From Anthoceros angustus (lineage: Eukaryota; Plantae; Anthocerotophyta): 64,000 nucleotides of DNA. Under the pieces are notes generated by a model. That model was given only the letters and a program-made list of their open reading frames with translations, did no database searches and was not told where the DNA came from. Shown here piece by piece: positions 36,801-49,700 of this stretch. The stretch's first letter is position 1. Every line of letters starts with the position of its first letter. Both the position numbers and the translations under genes were made by a program. The DNA lies in NCBI GenBank assembly GCA_010909165.1, contig VJWM01000007.1, positions 732,644-796,643 of the forward strand, read 5' to 3'.

Positions 36801-38150
36801 CAACTTGGCTGCCTTCTCATCGGACTCCATGGCCTCCAATTGCCATTTGGTCCTGCTCTCGGTCATCTCTTGGGCCTTGACTTCCTCACATGCCCACAAG
36901 GAGGCTGCTAGTTCCTAGCCCCTTCAAAATCCACGGTGAGTGCTTCACAAGCACTCGGCCAAATCTCTAGGGGCCCAAATTCACTGCCTCTTGCTGGAAA
37001 TTTCCAGCTCCTCTCCTGGCCATCGCGGCGGCGGCGTGGGTCCTCTCACCGTCGCCCCATCCGCTCTCCCACCCAGCGCGGGTGATGGCGGCTGGCGCGC
37101 CATGCCTCCGCTTCTCCTTCCCTTCCCTACCGCCAGTGGCTGCTTGCCCGAGGTGCCCGCCTACCGTAGGTCAGCCCTACTGCTGGTACCGCCACCTTCT
37201 CCTGTGGTGATCGCCACCACGGTAGTCCGCCCACCTGGTGGCTGCCTCCTCACCGGGGCCAGTGCCTCTTCCTAGGCACCCAGAAAATGGTGGGGACTCC
37301 CCCCACCCTTGGGGTTGTCACCCCTCCTGTGGTAGTCCTCCTCTCATAGACTACCATCCGGCCTTCCTCGGCGGATCTCGCTCCTCTCCTTCCCCTCGCT
37401 CTTGTGGGGGAAAGGCCTCCCATTCCGGCAACCTCGTTGCCTCGACTTCCTCCGCCCTTGGCCCTGGCGCGCTTGTGGAGGTCTGACCTCCCATTGTCTT
37501 CCTCAATGCGAAAGGCAAAGGCCTCTCCAAACTTGGCTGGAGGTGAATTATTTCCGAAGGATGCCAAGCATCTTCCAGCTCCTTGCTGGTGAGGAGCCCC
37601 TCGGTCTCCCACAAATGCACCAAATAGGTGCTGAGGTAGCATGGCCTTGGCCCTTCTTCATCCACCGAATTTGGCCTAAGGAGCTTCTCCCTGTGGTGGA
37701 TATAAGCCTCATACATTATGGTGCCCCAATCGGCTTGGCTCCTCTCGAAATCTTCCACAAAAATTGCAGGAAGTTGGTGCCGAAATAAGAATTCCGCTGA
37801 TAATTCACCAACCCCAATACAATCTTAGCAAAGAGCCTCCACTTCAGCTCCTTGATGCTGTCCGTCTTCCAACCATTCTTGGCGTGGGCCTTCACTCCTC
37901 CGTCCATCATGTCGAGGACTTCCTGCGGAATCTCCGAGAGGGCAATCCTCTTCCCTCCATTTGTCCTCTTGAGGAGAGCGCGGTCCAGAAATTCAGACAC
38001 TACCTTCTGCCCAACGAGTTTGTGTTCTATGTTGATCACTTGGCTCAAGCATGCAGTGAATAAAGCGGACTGTCAAGGCGGTGCGAGTTGGATTCTATTT
38101 GCTCTAGGAGTTCACCTTCGATTGGAACCCGGCAAGGGAGGCAGCTAGAC
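33826..38150 (-). mobile_element. Decayed Gypsy-related element: extra ORF (helical domain + coiled coil), purine tract and LTR (starting TGTGGTC at ~35198)
   Basis: Minus ORF pieces 38048-37351 (WRLFAKIVLGLV..DWGTIMY..YLVHLW) and 36559-35648 (coiled coil). LTR-like block ~35198-34171 has a TATA (cctataagagg) and is homologous to 46090-45480. 33826-34136 repeats part of 35224-35460. Confidence 0.6.
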
Positions 38151-38156
38151 GCTTAA

Positions 38157-38520
38157 CGGATGAAGAAAGGCAGTGGAGGCGGCATTTTTGGGTTTTATCC
38201 GGCCTCGGAGGGGACGAGAGGCGCAGCCTGTAATGCAACCGGTACAAAACCGGTGAGCTATGTACGACCGTGCTCATAGCGGGGAGTATGTGAAGGAGGG
38301 AGATCTGGCCCTTCTTTACGACAGTCGCCATATGCACTTTCCAGGCAAGCTTCACTTACGATGGATGGGGCCTTACTAGGTAGTGCAGGTCCACGCGAAT
38401 GGGTCCGTCCAGCTCCGGCAATTAGATGGAGAACTGTTGCCCACCCGAGTAAACGGGTGGCGGGTGAAGAAGTATCATGCTTAGTGTTGGCGGAAACGCC
38501 AACAGATGAGAAGGGGAGTA
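38157..38520 (+). pseudogene. Athila-like Gypsy integrase C-terminus followed by a polypurine tract
   Basis: YDRAH..VKEGDLALLYDSR..FPGKLHLRWMGPY*VVQVHANGSVQL..LDG..LPTRVNGWRVKKYHA* (stop 38482-38484); PPT gagaaggggagta directly before TGTGGAC at 38521. Confidence 0.85.
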
Positions 38521-41500
38521 TGTGGACGCAGGACTTCCCTTGGGGTTGGGAAATAAGCGGGGTTTGTTTTTTTTTGTAGGTATGGAGTGTAAAATAAGGC
38601 GGAAAAGGAGGAATAAGCACGGGCCTCCGGACTCGGAGTAAATGTGGACCGGTGCCCTTTGCGAGGACCAGAGCTGCCGGAGTATCGGGATAAGTCAGGA
38701 CCCTCACGAGGTCAAAAGCAGGGATAAATGCCTTGGAAAGTAACTTAGAGTTGGGGCGTGAGTTAGGCAGGCGGCGCCATGTGGGCGACCACAGATGGAA
38801 GGCAGGCATGCGGCGGCCGGACGTAGCCTTGCGAGGCGTATAGCAGCTATTCCTTTAGCGTCTTGTGACAGTAGCAGCGGTAGGGGCGGAAGCGTGGGCG
38901 AGAGTAAGCCATGCAGGAGCTTCTCCACATGATTCTAGACAGAGCCACCACCCCTCTCAGCCTTGTGGATTGCCGAGGCAAGCGGAGGTCATTCTCCCAA
39001 GCAACCCGCGTGATCTTTGCACTGCTCTCGCTTAGACACCCGGCCTCTGGCGTTGTCTTTGTGATCGCTCGAGCACCCTCAGCTGCTCGGCTTGTGACGG
39101 TGTAATAGAGGCGGACGGCTGAGCCTCACACTCCAGCAATGGGAGCGAGGCGGGAAGATGGGACCCAAGAAAGTGGCGGAGGTGTGGGAGCCATGGAGCT
39201 TGAGTGGGCGCAACATCGTGCGCCTATCAGGACTTGAACGTGGGCGGAGGAGGCGGGGGCTGGTCAGGAGTGGCACTGGACGTTTTCCAGTGTATGGACC
39301 TTGACGGTATCCTCTGTCCAAGTCTGCCGGAAGATGTTAGCGACCAACAAGGAGGTTCGCTCTAAGAGCCTTGAGAGGACCCTAGGAGTTGGGCCGTGGA
39401 GGTCTGAGGCGATGTACAATCGGCCGTGGAGGAGGAGTGAGGCGTGGTCCCGGAACCTCTGAGCCGGGGGAAGATAGGCGGCAAAGGCCTATTTGAGCAA
39501 GGGCATAGCGAACCAGCAGCTGGTTGATGTCGGACTTCTTTGGGCCAGGAGAGTGAGGCGGTGGCAGGATCATTGTCCAGGAACATGCTCACCAAGGTAG
39601 ATCACCTTGGTGACAATCTCTTGAGTGTTCACATGCGGCTATGAGAAGGAAGGAGGCGGTGGGAAAAGATCATCTTCGCGGGATCAATCGGGGAGGCTCC
39701 TGGCTGAGGTGTGAGAAGCCCCCTCCGTCGGCGTTATCGCGTTCTTAATTCATGTGTGAGGACATGAACCTCACGAAGGAAGGAGAAGAGGCGCACTCGG
39801 GAAGGGTGGCCGCCTCTGGGGCGGAAGGAAGAACCAGGAGGTGGAAGCCGGTCGGCGAAACAGGAGGAGAAGGCGGCGGGAGGAATCGAGACTCCATCGT
39901 TTGGGCGGACTCCCTCGCCACCAGGGAAGTGTGGGAGGACATCGCTTCCCTCCTCACAGGGCCCCGGGCGGCCCGGCCAGGAGGCGGCCCAGGCGGGCCG
40001 GCTGGCAGACGGCCGCCCGGCCCCACAGTGAGCCAGACTCGTCGGGGACGGCGGAAGGCAGTGCCACCATCGCTCCCACCGGACCCAGCGCCGTGCCCTT
40101 ACCCCTGCTGTGGTGGCGGAGAAGAGGCGAAGGGCCTTGAGGAGGCGGGAGGCCTGGCCCCCAGCAGTCCATCTCCGGCGGGGAGGCAAGAGGTGACTCC
40201 AGACCCCTCACCTCAAGGCCGGGGGAAGATAGGCGGCAAAGGCCGTGGGCTGGAGGAGGCGGGGCGGCTGCGAGCCTCACACTCCAATGAGGAGACGAGA
40301 AGGGCGGGAAGATGGGACCCAAGAAAGTGGCGGAGGTGTGGGAGCCATGGAGCTTAGTGGGCGCAACATCGTCACAGCGCTATCCGGACTTGAGTAGTGG
40401 GCTGGAGGAGGCGGGGAGGCTGGTCAGGAGTGGCACTGGGCGTTTTCCAGTGTATGGACCTTGACAGTCATCTAGTCCGAGAATCGCCGGAAGATGTTAG
40501 CGCAGCCAACAAGGAGGTTCGCTCTAAGAGCCTTGAGGAGGACCCTAGGAGTTGGGGCGTGGAGGTCTGAGGCGATGTCTCGGCCGTGGAGGTCTGAGGC
40601 GTGGTCCCGGAACCTCTGAGGCGGGGGAAGATAGGCGGCAAAGGCCGCCCTGGCTCGAGGGCATAGCGAACAACCAGCAGGTGGTTGATGTCGGACGGAC
40701 TTCTTTGGGCCAGGAGAGTGAGGCGGTGGCAGGATCATTGTCCAGGAACATGCTCACCAAGGTAGATCACCTTGGTGACAATCTGAGTGTTCACATGCGG
40801 CTAGAGAGGAAGGAGGCGGTGGAAGGATCATCTTCGCCGGGATCAATCGGGGAGGCTCTGGTGAGGTGTGAGAAGCCCCCTCCGTCGGCGTTATCGCCGT
40901 TCTTAATTCATGTGGGGGCATGAACCTCACGAAGGAAGGAGAGAGAGCGCACTCGGGAAGTGGCCGCCTCTGGGGCGGAAGGAAGAACCCGGAGGTGGAA
41001 GCCCGGCCGTCGGAGCAAGGCGGGAGGAAGGCGGGAGGAATCCCGGACTCCATACGTTTGGGCGGACTCCCTCGCCACCAAGGGAAGTGTGGGAGGACAT
41101 CCCTCTCCTGGTGCCCCAGCCGGCGGCCCGGCCGAGGCGGCCCAGGCGGGCCGGCGGCCCGGCCGAGGCGGCCCAGGCGGGAGGCCAGCGGACTCGTCGA
41201 GGGGCCGGCGGAAGGCAGTGCCACCGCCATGACACCAGGGCCCGTGCCTTGACTGCCAGCGGTAGGCGGAGGAAGAGGCGAAGGGCCGCCCAAGGCGGGA
41301 GGCCAGCGTGCCACCGGAGCAGTCTGTCTCCGGCGGGGAGGCAAGAGGTCGCTCAACCCCTCACCCCTCAAGGCCCAGGAGAAGAGGCGAGGAAGGAGGC
41401 GGTGGCGAGGCCAAGAAGGTGAGGCTCGGACCTCATTGCAGGGACCTAAGGGTCTGATTAGGTCGGAGGCCAGCGGACTTACTCGGGCTGCAGTATGGAG

Positions 41501-44500
41501 GTCCTTGGCGGACCGAGATGCCGCCCAGCGGACTTCTTGGGGGCCTCACCCGGTGTGGCCGTGGAAGAGACACGGCGGGTCACAGCTCTGAAGTCATGGG
41601 CGGTATGCTCTAGGGTCTCTGGGACGGTGAGAGACCCAGTGGAGAGCCACAAGGAGGTGCATGGTGCTCCTCCAAGCCGAGATGGGGCCAGGGGAGGCGG
41701 GAAGAAGGCGGAAGCCTCCGGCATCGAGGAGGAAGCGGGAGGTCGAGAGGAAGTCTGGTCATTCGGCAGGTGGACTAAGTTTCTTGATTTGGGTGGCCGG
41801 TGGCGAGCCTGAGAGGCCCAAGCAGTGAGGATCTCTGAGATGAAGGAGGAGGCGCGGGGAGGCGAGGAGCTCGCACCGACTGGCGAGCCGGCTAGTAACA
41901 TCGGACCAGTGAGGAGCTCGGTGAGGCGGTAGCGAAGGTGGTGTTGGGATCACTATCGGCTGATCAGACGGTGGAGGAGATGGGTGAGTGGCCTGGTGGC
42001 GAGGCGGAGGAAGCAACGGTCAGTGGTCGTGAGGAGGCTGGGTCGGCACCGGGAAATAGGGACCTCCCAGGTGCAGTTGCAGGAAGTAGAAGCGGCCAGC
42101 GAGGCTGGAGAGGGCAGATACCTTGGGCAACTCAAGGCGCCGGAGCGGCGGGGGTTCTCAGAGATCCAAGACCCGGCGGGGAGATAGAGCGCCTCGGCAG
42201 CGAAGGCGGAGAGGCCGGCGGGTCAGGAGTTCGGCCCGGCTGCGGCGGAGGTGGAAGCGAGAGTCGGACGGGGATCACTGGCCCGCTTTGAAGAAGGAAG
42301 TGGCGGACCTCGGGAAAGGATGAGCGGAGGAACTAGAAGCGTGTTGCTCGTCCCGTTCTGAGGAAGTAGAGGGGCTCGGCTCCATGGCACAAAGCGGGCG
42401 GAGGCTGGGGACAGGAGGAGGAGAGCGTCGACGGCGAGGCTGCGAGGAGTGTGGTGTAGCATCAAGGGAAGTCCGCGGCTTTGGTAGCAGCCCACGGGAG
42501 GCCATGGCGGCGGCCCGGGCAGTCACATCTCCAGGCGGGGAGAGGCAAGAGGTGCTCCGAACCCCTCACCTCAAGGGCCCCGGGAAGAGGGCAACAAGGG
42601 TGCGGCCGAGAGCCAAGAAGGTGAGGCTCGGACCTCGATTACTCGGGACCTAAGGGTCTGATTAGGTCGAGAGCCCAGCCGGACTTACTCCTGCAGTATG
42701 GAGGTCCTTGGCGGACCGAGATGCCGCCCTAGCGGACTTCTTGGGGGCCTCACGGTGGCGGCCGTGGAAGAGACACGGCGGGTCACAGCTACCGTCATGG
42801 ACGGTATGCTCTAGGGTCTCTGCGGACGGTGGCCAGTGGAGAGCCACAAGGAGGTGCATGGTGCTCCTCCGAAGCGAGATGGGCCGAGGCGAGAAGAAGG
42901 CGGAAGCCTCGGCCGCATCGAGGAGGAAGCGCCGGGAGGTCGAGAGGAAGTCTGGTCCATTCGGCAGGTGGACTAAGTTTCTTGATTTGGGTGGCGGTGG
43001 CGAGCCTGAGAGGCCCAAGCAGGTGAGGATCTCTGCAGATGAAGGAGGAGGCGCGGCGGGGAGGCGGAGGGCTCATGACACAGGCGGTGGGCGGCAACAT
43101 CGAACCAGCTGGTGGCTGGTGAGGCCCGCGAAGGTCGGCCGGGATCACTATCGGCGTGATCGGAACGGTGGAGGAGATGGGTGGTATGGCCAACTGGCCG
43201 GCGGCGAGAGGAACAACGGTCAGTCGTGAGGAGGCTGGAGGTCGGCACCGGGAAATAGGGACCTCGTGCAGTGCGGAGAGTAGAAGCGTGAGGCTGGAGC
43301 AGCAAGGATACCTTGGCAACTCAAGGCGCGCCGAGGCGGGGGTTCTCAGAAGAATCCAAGACTTGACGGGAGATAGAGCGCCTCCGGCAGCGAAGGCGGA
43401 GGAGAGAATGGCGTGGTCAGGAGTTCGGCGTCGCGGCTGCGGCGGAGGTGGAGGAAGGAGTCGGCCGGGATCACCCGGCCCGCTGGAAGAAGTGGCGGAC
43501 CTCGGGAAAGGATGAGCGGAGGAAGCTTAGAAGCGGCTGCTCGTCCAGTTCTGAAGTAGAGGGAGCTCGGCTCCATGGCAAAGCGGGCGGAGCAGCGGGG
43601 AGGAGGAGAGCGTCGGCGGCGGCTGCGAGGAGGTGACGGAGGCCGCCTTGGCATCAAGGGAATCCGCCCGGCTACAGATTGGTAAGCAGCCCGGAGGCGG
43701 GCGGCGGTAGGACAACATGCTCATTTCTTGGAGCACCTACGGAGGAGAATGGCACGGTCAGGAGTTCGGCCGGCTGCGGCGGAGGTGGAGGAAGCCGAGG
43801 TCGGACGGGGATCAAGCCCGCTGGAAGAAGTGGCGGACCTCGGGAAAGGATGAGCGGAGGGAAAGCCTTGGAGGAGAAGCGGTTGCTCGTCCGATTCTGA
43901 AGTAGAGGGGCTCGGCTCCATGGACAAGCGGGGGCAGCGCAGGAGGAGGAGAGCGTCAGCGGCGGCTGCGAGGAGTGTGGAGGCCGCCTTGGCGGCATCA
44001 AGAGTCCGCCCGGCTACAGTTGGTAAGCGCGGAGGCGGGCGGAGGCGGACAACATGCTCATTTCTTGAGCACCTCTGGAGGAGGGAGTCTGGGTGCTCGG
44101 GCTCATATGGAGGAGGCGATTCAACAAGTCGGATTCGACTTTGCACACTACCACCTTGAGGCTCCTCAGGCTCTGCAGGTATTGCGCCACCAAGGCGGTG
44201 GCGGACTTCGAGAAGGGTCGGAAGGAGGCGAGGAGGACCAGCAGGCAGCGCCCAGGGACCTAAGGCTGTTGTTTGATGGCACAATGACGAGGAAGCGGAG
44301 GCAGACGGAAAGGTCTTGGGCCGAGGTAAGCACTCTACACCTCATACGGAAGGGAGGAGGAGGGCCTGGGAGGAGGCGTGGAAGAGCAACCGGGCACCGA
44401 GACAAGGGAGCTCGGTGGATGAGCCGTGATGTGATGAGGAGGCGAGCAGGGCCGGGGTGGGACTTTGTCTGGACTCACGAGGGAGAATCTCGAAGTCCAG

Positions 44501-45400
44501 AGGAAGTCTGGACTTAGAGGTCAGACTCAGTGACAAGTCCGGACCCAGGGTCGAACTCGAGAAAAGAAGGCGGACCTGAGCCGGACCCCCAGGAGGAAGG
44601 CGGACCTAGAGTCCGGACTCCGGTCGAGGCAGGGGTCTGAGGCGGCCTTCGGGAGTGGGGAGAACCACCGAACCCCTGGCAGATCCGGCCTTGGAGGCTT
44701 GGAGCGCGAGCCCATGAGATTAAGAGAGGAGGAGGAGGACTTAGTGGTGACCACCGTTGTCGAGCCGCCACCGTGCCTGTGACACAGACCCTCGGGGAGA
44801 GGTGGGGTCCCGCCTCAGCGGATCATCCGATGGAGTCTTGCCGCGATCGTCGAGGCTCGGCTTTGGGCCTTGGGTGCCAAGGCGGAATCGAGGCATCGGC
44901 CCAAGCCGGAATGGGAGGAATAGGGAAGAGTAGGCGGTCGATTAGGCGCCAGGCGGCCCTATTTCGAATAGAGAGGTGTAATAAAGCGCCGACCTTTGGC
45001 GTAGTATAAGAGAAGAGGTCAGGTAAATCATCTTTTTCTTGAGTGTTGTGTCGCGTCTTCTTGGGCCCTTGTGTGCCTTCTTATGTGAGTCACGAGTCAG
45101 CGAGCAGGCGGCATGACCGGGCCAGTCAAGGTCTTGGTAGCGGACCCTAGCGTGTGTGGTGTGTGCAGGGGAATGGCGCCTAGGGACCCTTGCTCGTCAG
45201 GCGGCCCGGCGTTGGGGGCCGGGCAACGTGGCCGGAGGAACTCAGGAAGGTCACGAGAGCCGGTCGGAGAGGCTGGCGGAGGCGGCGGAGGAGGTCGGAC
45301 TCTCCACTCGCGTTCTTCAGGAACGATGAGTGTGTGGGTGGTGAGGAGAGCGGACTAGAGTGGAGAGTGGCGGCTTGACAGATGCCAGCAGGTCCTTGAG
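38521..45400 (+). mobile_element. Long LTR-like block: LTR 5' end, decayed extra ORF with internal tandem duplications, then TATA/R/U5-like core
   Basis: Starts TGTGGAC...CTTCCCTTGGGG (same start as 63488 and 52664). Sense ORF remnants EVWEPW.L..RNIV and LTKVDHLGDN..SPFLIHV. Core ggtgtaataaag..gtagtataag (TATA 45005-45010) is homologous to 63915-63960. Confidence 0.6.
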
Positions 45401-45479
45401 CGTTTAGCCCTAGGCACTGTTCGGTGAAACGTTGCGGGTAGTGTTGGGCATAAAAGCGAGGAATGTGCGTTGAGGCGAG

Positions 45480-46743
45480 CGGTTGCTAAGTGAGGTGAGA
45501 AATGAGTGAAGCACGGCCAAAGCCTATCATTCTCTTGGGGAGGACCCCTTACTTCAACGACACAGGTTATGCCGGTAGCCATCAGAATCCGATACATCTG
45601 CCCCCACTCAAGTGGGGTTCCTTGAGCATCGCTTCACACTCAAAGTAAATAATTCACACGGCAACCATTCTGAGGCGGCTAGTAGGGGCGAGCAAGGCAA
45701 GCCCTCACCCGGCCTCAACGTTCTCCCTCTCTACGACCTTTGCGTTGGCTTGCGGTAGGCACGAAATTCACACACAAGTGAAGGACTCGGAGGATGGGGC
45801 GCAAGACCACGATAATTTTACTTCGACAAGCTCCCTCCCTTTATAGGAGGTCCTCACCTCTGACCTCACAGGCGCCCTCCGGCCTTGCCTCCTTATTTTA
45901 GTGTATCCTGATTGAGACTTTAAGTTCGACATCCAAGCATCTTAGGTAAAATTCTATTCTAGCAAATTTCACCTATGTGAGCCCGGGCTCATCCATTCCT
46001 ATCTAGCTAGTCAACACACCCCTCTGAGCCCAGCAAGCATTAATGCCTCCTCTAAAGAAAAGTCTTCCCAAGTGGCATCTTGCCATGTCTTCAAGCTAAT
46101 TTAAGGACCTCTTATGAATCCCTTCCTTATCTTGATGCACTTGTAGAGCTTCTTCCTCCAATAAAATAGCCGGCTCTCTTAGCCATTGGCTCATCCTCGA
46201 CCTCCTCTTCCTCTCACTTGTGGAGCAAGTGAGCTTCCCTTGCACCCATGTTGGGAGGTTGGTCTTCTCCTTGATCCTTGCTCCATTCTGCAGATCAACC
46301 TCTTCCTCCTTTCCTACAAGGCCAAGGTACTCGCCTCCCTCCCTTGTCAAATCCATGCTAGCGACCTTGAATCTGTGCTTCCTCCTACCATGGTATGGTG
46401 GGACCTCTCTGCAGTGGGTCCCCTCTACCAGTAGGAACTCCTCTACCACGGTGAGAACTCCTCCTACTGGGAACTCTAAGTCGTTTCTTCTTCCTTCCTT
46501 CTGGGGTGATTCTCCATACTGCTGCGGCTTCCACTTGCGCTTCTCCCTAGTGCAGTTCCTTACCCACAGCTTGGGACACTCTCCAAATCTAAGGCTTAGG
46601 GGACACGAGGCCTCTGTGGTGGCTTTGGCTGGCCGGGCCGCGCACAATCCCGTGTCGTTGTGGGAAGAGTCCGTTCCCAAGGGAATGGCGAGCTCCGTTT
46701 GCAGTTTGAGCGATTCTCGTCTTACTTTAGTTCCAACGCGCAT
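45480..46743 (-). mobile_element. Fragment of a second copy of the 33.8-38.1 kb element family (extra-ORF tail + LTR)
   Basis: 45720-45980 aligns by eye with 34870-35120 (cacgaaattc..aaggactcgg..ggcgcaagac..taaattctattctagcaa); minus ORF 46743-46096 precedes it. Confidence 0.55.
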
Positions 46744-46749
46744 TCATGG

Positions 46750-49700
46750 TTCCGTCTAACTACCGCAACAATCACTTGCAGGCCGGTATGGCCCAGCGTT
46801 TAAGGACCCGTTGTCCGTATCGTTCACGTTAAATCCTCACCTCCGTCAGTTCCTCTCCTCCACTACACTTATCGGTCTTAGGGAAAGGCGGGTTACAGTC
46901 CGGACCTCCTCCGTCGTTCCGGGCCTCTCGTCCAGACTCTGCCCCCTCCGGAGTCCCTCACACACGTTCCGGTCCGTTCGGTTGGGCGCGGCTCTGGGCC
47001 AGGTCCCAGTCACCTCCCACCGCACACACCACAACACGTTGGGTCCGTCACGGGACCACGATCAATCTCTCGGGCTGTCGTGCACCTTTCGGTGACTCGG
47101 GACTCACGTTAGCAAGAAGACACACAAAGGTGCGAGCAGCAGCATCAACACCAAGAGAAGATGATTTATTGAGGACCCCTCTTATACTACGCCCGGTCGT
47201 CTTTATTACACCCCTATTACGGTGATGGCGGCTCGGTATACCTAATCGACGCCTACCATCCTATTCCCCCTATCTCCTTCGTCGGCGGTGGGGGGGAAGG
47301 TCCGGGTTCCGCCTTGGGATTGGTGGTCCAATCTCCGTGATTCGGCGCACCCAATCGGATGATCGCGGACCCCTCCTCTCTCCGGAATCACAGCCGGGTT
47401 GGGCTCACGGCGGCCGCCGTTACCACGTCATCCTCCTGGCCTCCCGTGGGTCCCCTCGGTGGGGCCGCTATCTGCTCCCCTAAGCGTAAGTCGAGGGGCT
47501 CCTCCTTCTTGCCAGTCGGACCTCGAGGTCGGTCTCGACTCAGTCTGAACTCCGGTCGGCTTATTTCTGAGTCCGGTCGGTGGGTCCGGCCTCGTCTCAG
47601 GTTCGGACCTCGGGGTCCGAACTTATTAAAGGACCCCTTGTCATGGACCTCGTCTTGCTGGGTCCTCATCCCTACCCAGGCCCTTGTCTTGGGTGGGTTG
47701 GCTCCTCCTCTGCGCCCCTTTGGGGCCCTCCCTTCTCACAGGCGGGTTGCGGTGAACTTACCACAGGGTCCGTTCGTTGGGCGCGGCTGCGGGCAGCACA
47801 GGTCCCAGTCACCCTCCCACCACACACACAACACGTTAGGTGTCACGGGACCACACATCAATCTCTCCGGGGTATTGCACCGGTGACTCGGGACTCACGT
47901 TAGCAGAAGACACACAAAGGTGCAGCAGCATCAACACCAAGAGAAAGATGATTTATTGAGGCATGACCCTCTTATACTACACAAGTCGGCGTCTTTATTA
48001 CACCCCTATTACGTGATGGCATCGGTGCCCTAATCGGCCGCCTACCATCCTATTCCCCCCTATCTCCTTTCGGCGGTGGTGGGAAGGTCCGGGTTCGCCT
48101 TGGGATTGGTGGTCAATCTCCGTCTGACGTTGCGGCGCACCCAATCGGATGATCGGCGGGACCCTCCTCTCCGGAATCACAGCCGGGTTGGGCTCGGCGG
48201 CGGTCGGCGGCCGCACGTCATCCTCCACTGGCCTCCCGTGGGTCCCCTCGGTGGGGCCACTATCTGCTCCCCTAAGCGTAAGTCGAAGGGGCTCCTCCCT
48301 TGCCGAGTCGGACCTCGAGGTCGGTCTCGACTCGGTCTGAACTCCGAGTCAGGCTTTCTGAGTCCCGGCGTGGGTCCGGCCTCGTCTCAGGGTTCGGACC
48401 TCGGGGTCGAACTTGTCCCCAAGCTCGGACCCCTTATCATGGACCTCGTCTTGCTAGGTCCTCATCCCTACCCAGAGCCCTTGTCTTGGGTGGGTTGGCT
48501 CCTTGCGCCCCTTTGGGGCCACACCTCCCTTCTCACGGCGGGTTGCGGTGAACTTACCAGGGTCCGTTGCGTCTCGCTCCTCTTGAGGCTCTTCTCCCCA
48601 TTGCCGTCGTCTCCAAGGGGCCCTAGAGTCCCTGTCTCCCCATGCCCTTCTTCCCCTCCCAGGCCTTCGTCCGTCTATTCTGGTGAGAGGCCTCTCGGGA
48701 GCTCGGGCGTGGTAATAGGCAAAGTCGAATCCACTTGTTGGATTGCCTCTTCCACGTGTGCGGGCACCGTACTCCCTTAGCCATAGGTGCTCAGGCGTCT
48801 TTCTTGTTGGACCACCTCCCTTGGGTTTGATAGGCTGGCCGGCTTCACGCGAGGCTGCAGGCTCGGTCACCTCATGGCGTCATTTGTTGCTCCTGCTCCA
48901 ACTCCTTCCCGCTCATTGCCGACTTACCGGCCATGTTCCCCCCGCCTTCCTCAAGGACGGCGGCTTCTTATGCACTTCCGGTGCTCTCGCCTCTCATCCA
49001 TTACGGTTTAACTCCATCTCCCTCTCAGACGGTCGGGCAACTCTGCGGTGCAGGCTTCGCCAGGCCCTTCTCCATCTCGGCGGCGTCACTGCTCCTGTTC
49101 CATCGCCCGTCTCTCATCATGAGCTGGGCCGCTCTATTTCCCGTTCGCGTTCGCGACCATGTCTATGACTACCATTCCTCTCAATGGTAGTTTGGCTGCG
49201 ACTCAAAGTCTCCTTGCGGTCTTCCATCTCCGCATTTCTTGCTCCACCTCCAGGAGTCAGGAGATCCTCCATCTCCTTGTCGCGAACTTCACAGGCTGGT
49301 GGTCGCGCTTGCTCGCCACCTCCTGCTCCATCTTGAGGCGGTGGGCGCTCTATCTCCTCGAAGTCTTGGATTCTCGTTGAGAACCCCTTGCTTTGCTCAG
49401 CGTCTTGGGTTGTAACTCCAAGGTGTCCTTCTTGTCCTCCTCCTGCGCCTCCCTTCTACCTCCTGCATGCGCCACAGGGTCCCGATTTCCGGGTCTTGGC
49501 CTCAGTGTTTACTGCGGCTCGTGCTTGCTCTCTTCTTGCTCGCTGCCATTGGCGTGGCTGCCGCCTCCCTCCACCGGTTCGATCAGCGATAGTGATCGCG
49601 GTCGGCCGTGGCCGCCTCCTTGGCCACCTTCACAGGCCTCTCCGGCTTGGCTCTGGTCTGGTCGCGCCTCGCGGTCCAGCGCTCGCTTGCGCCCGGGCCT

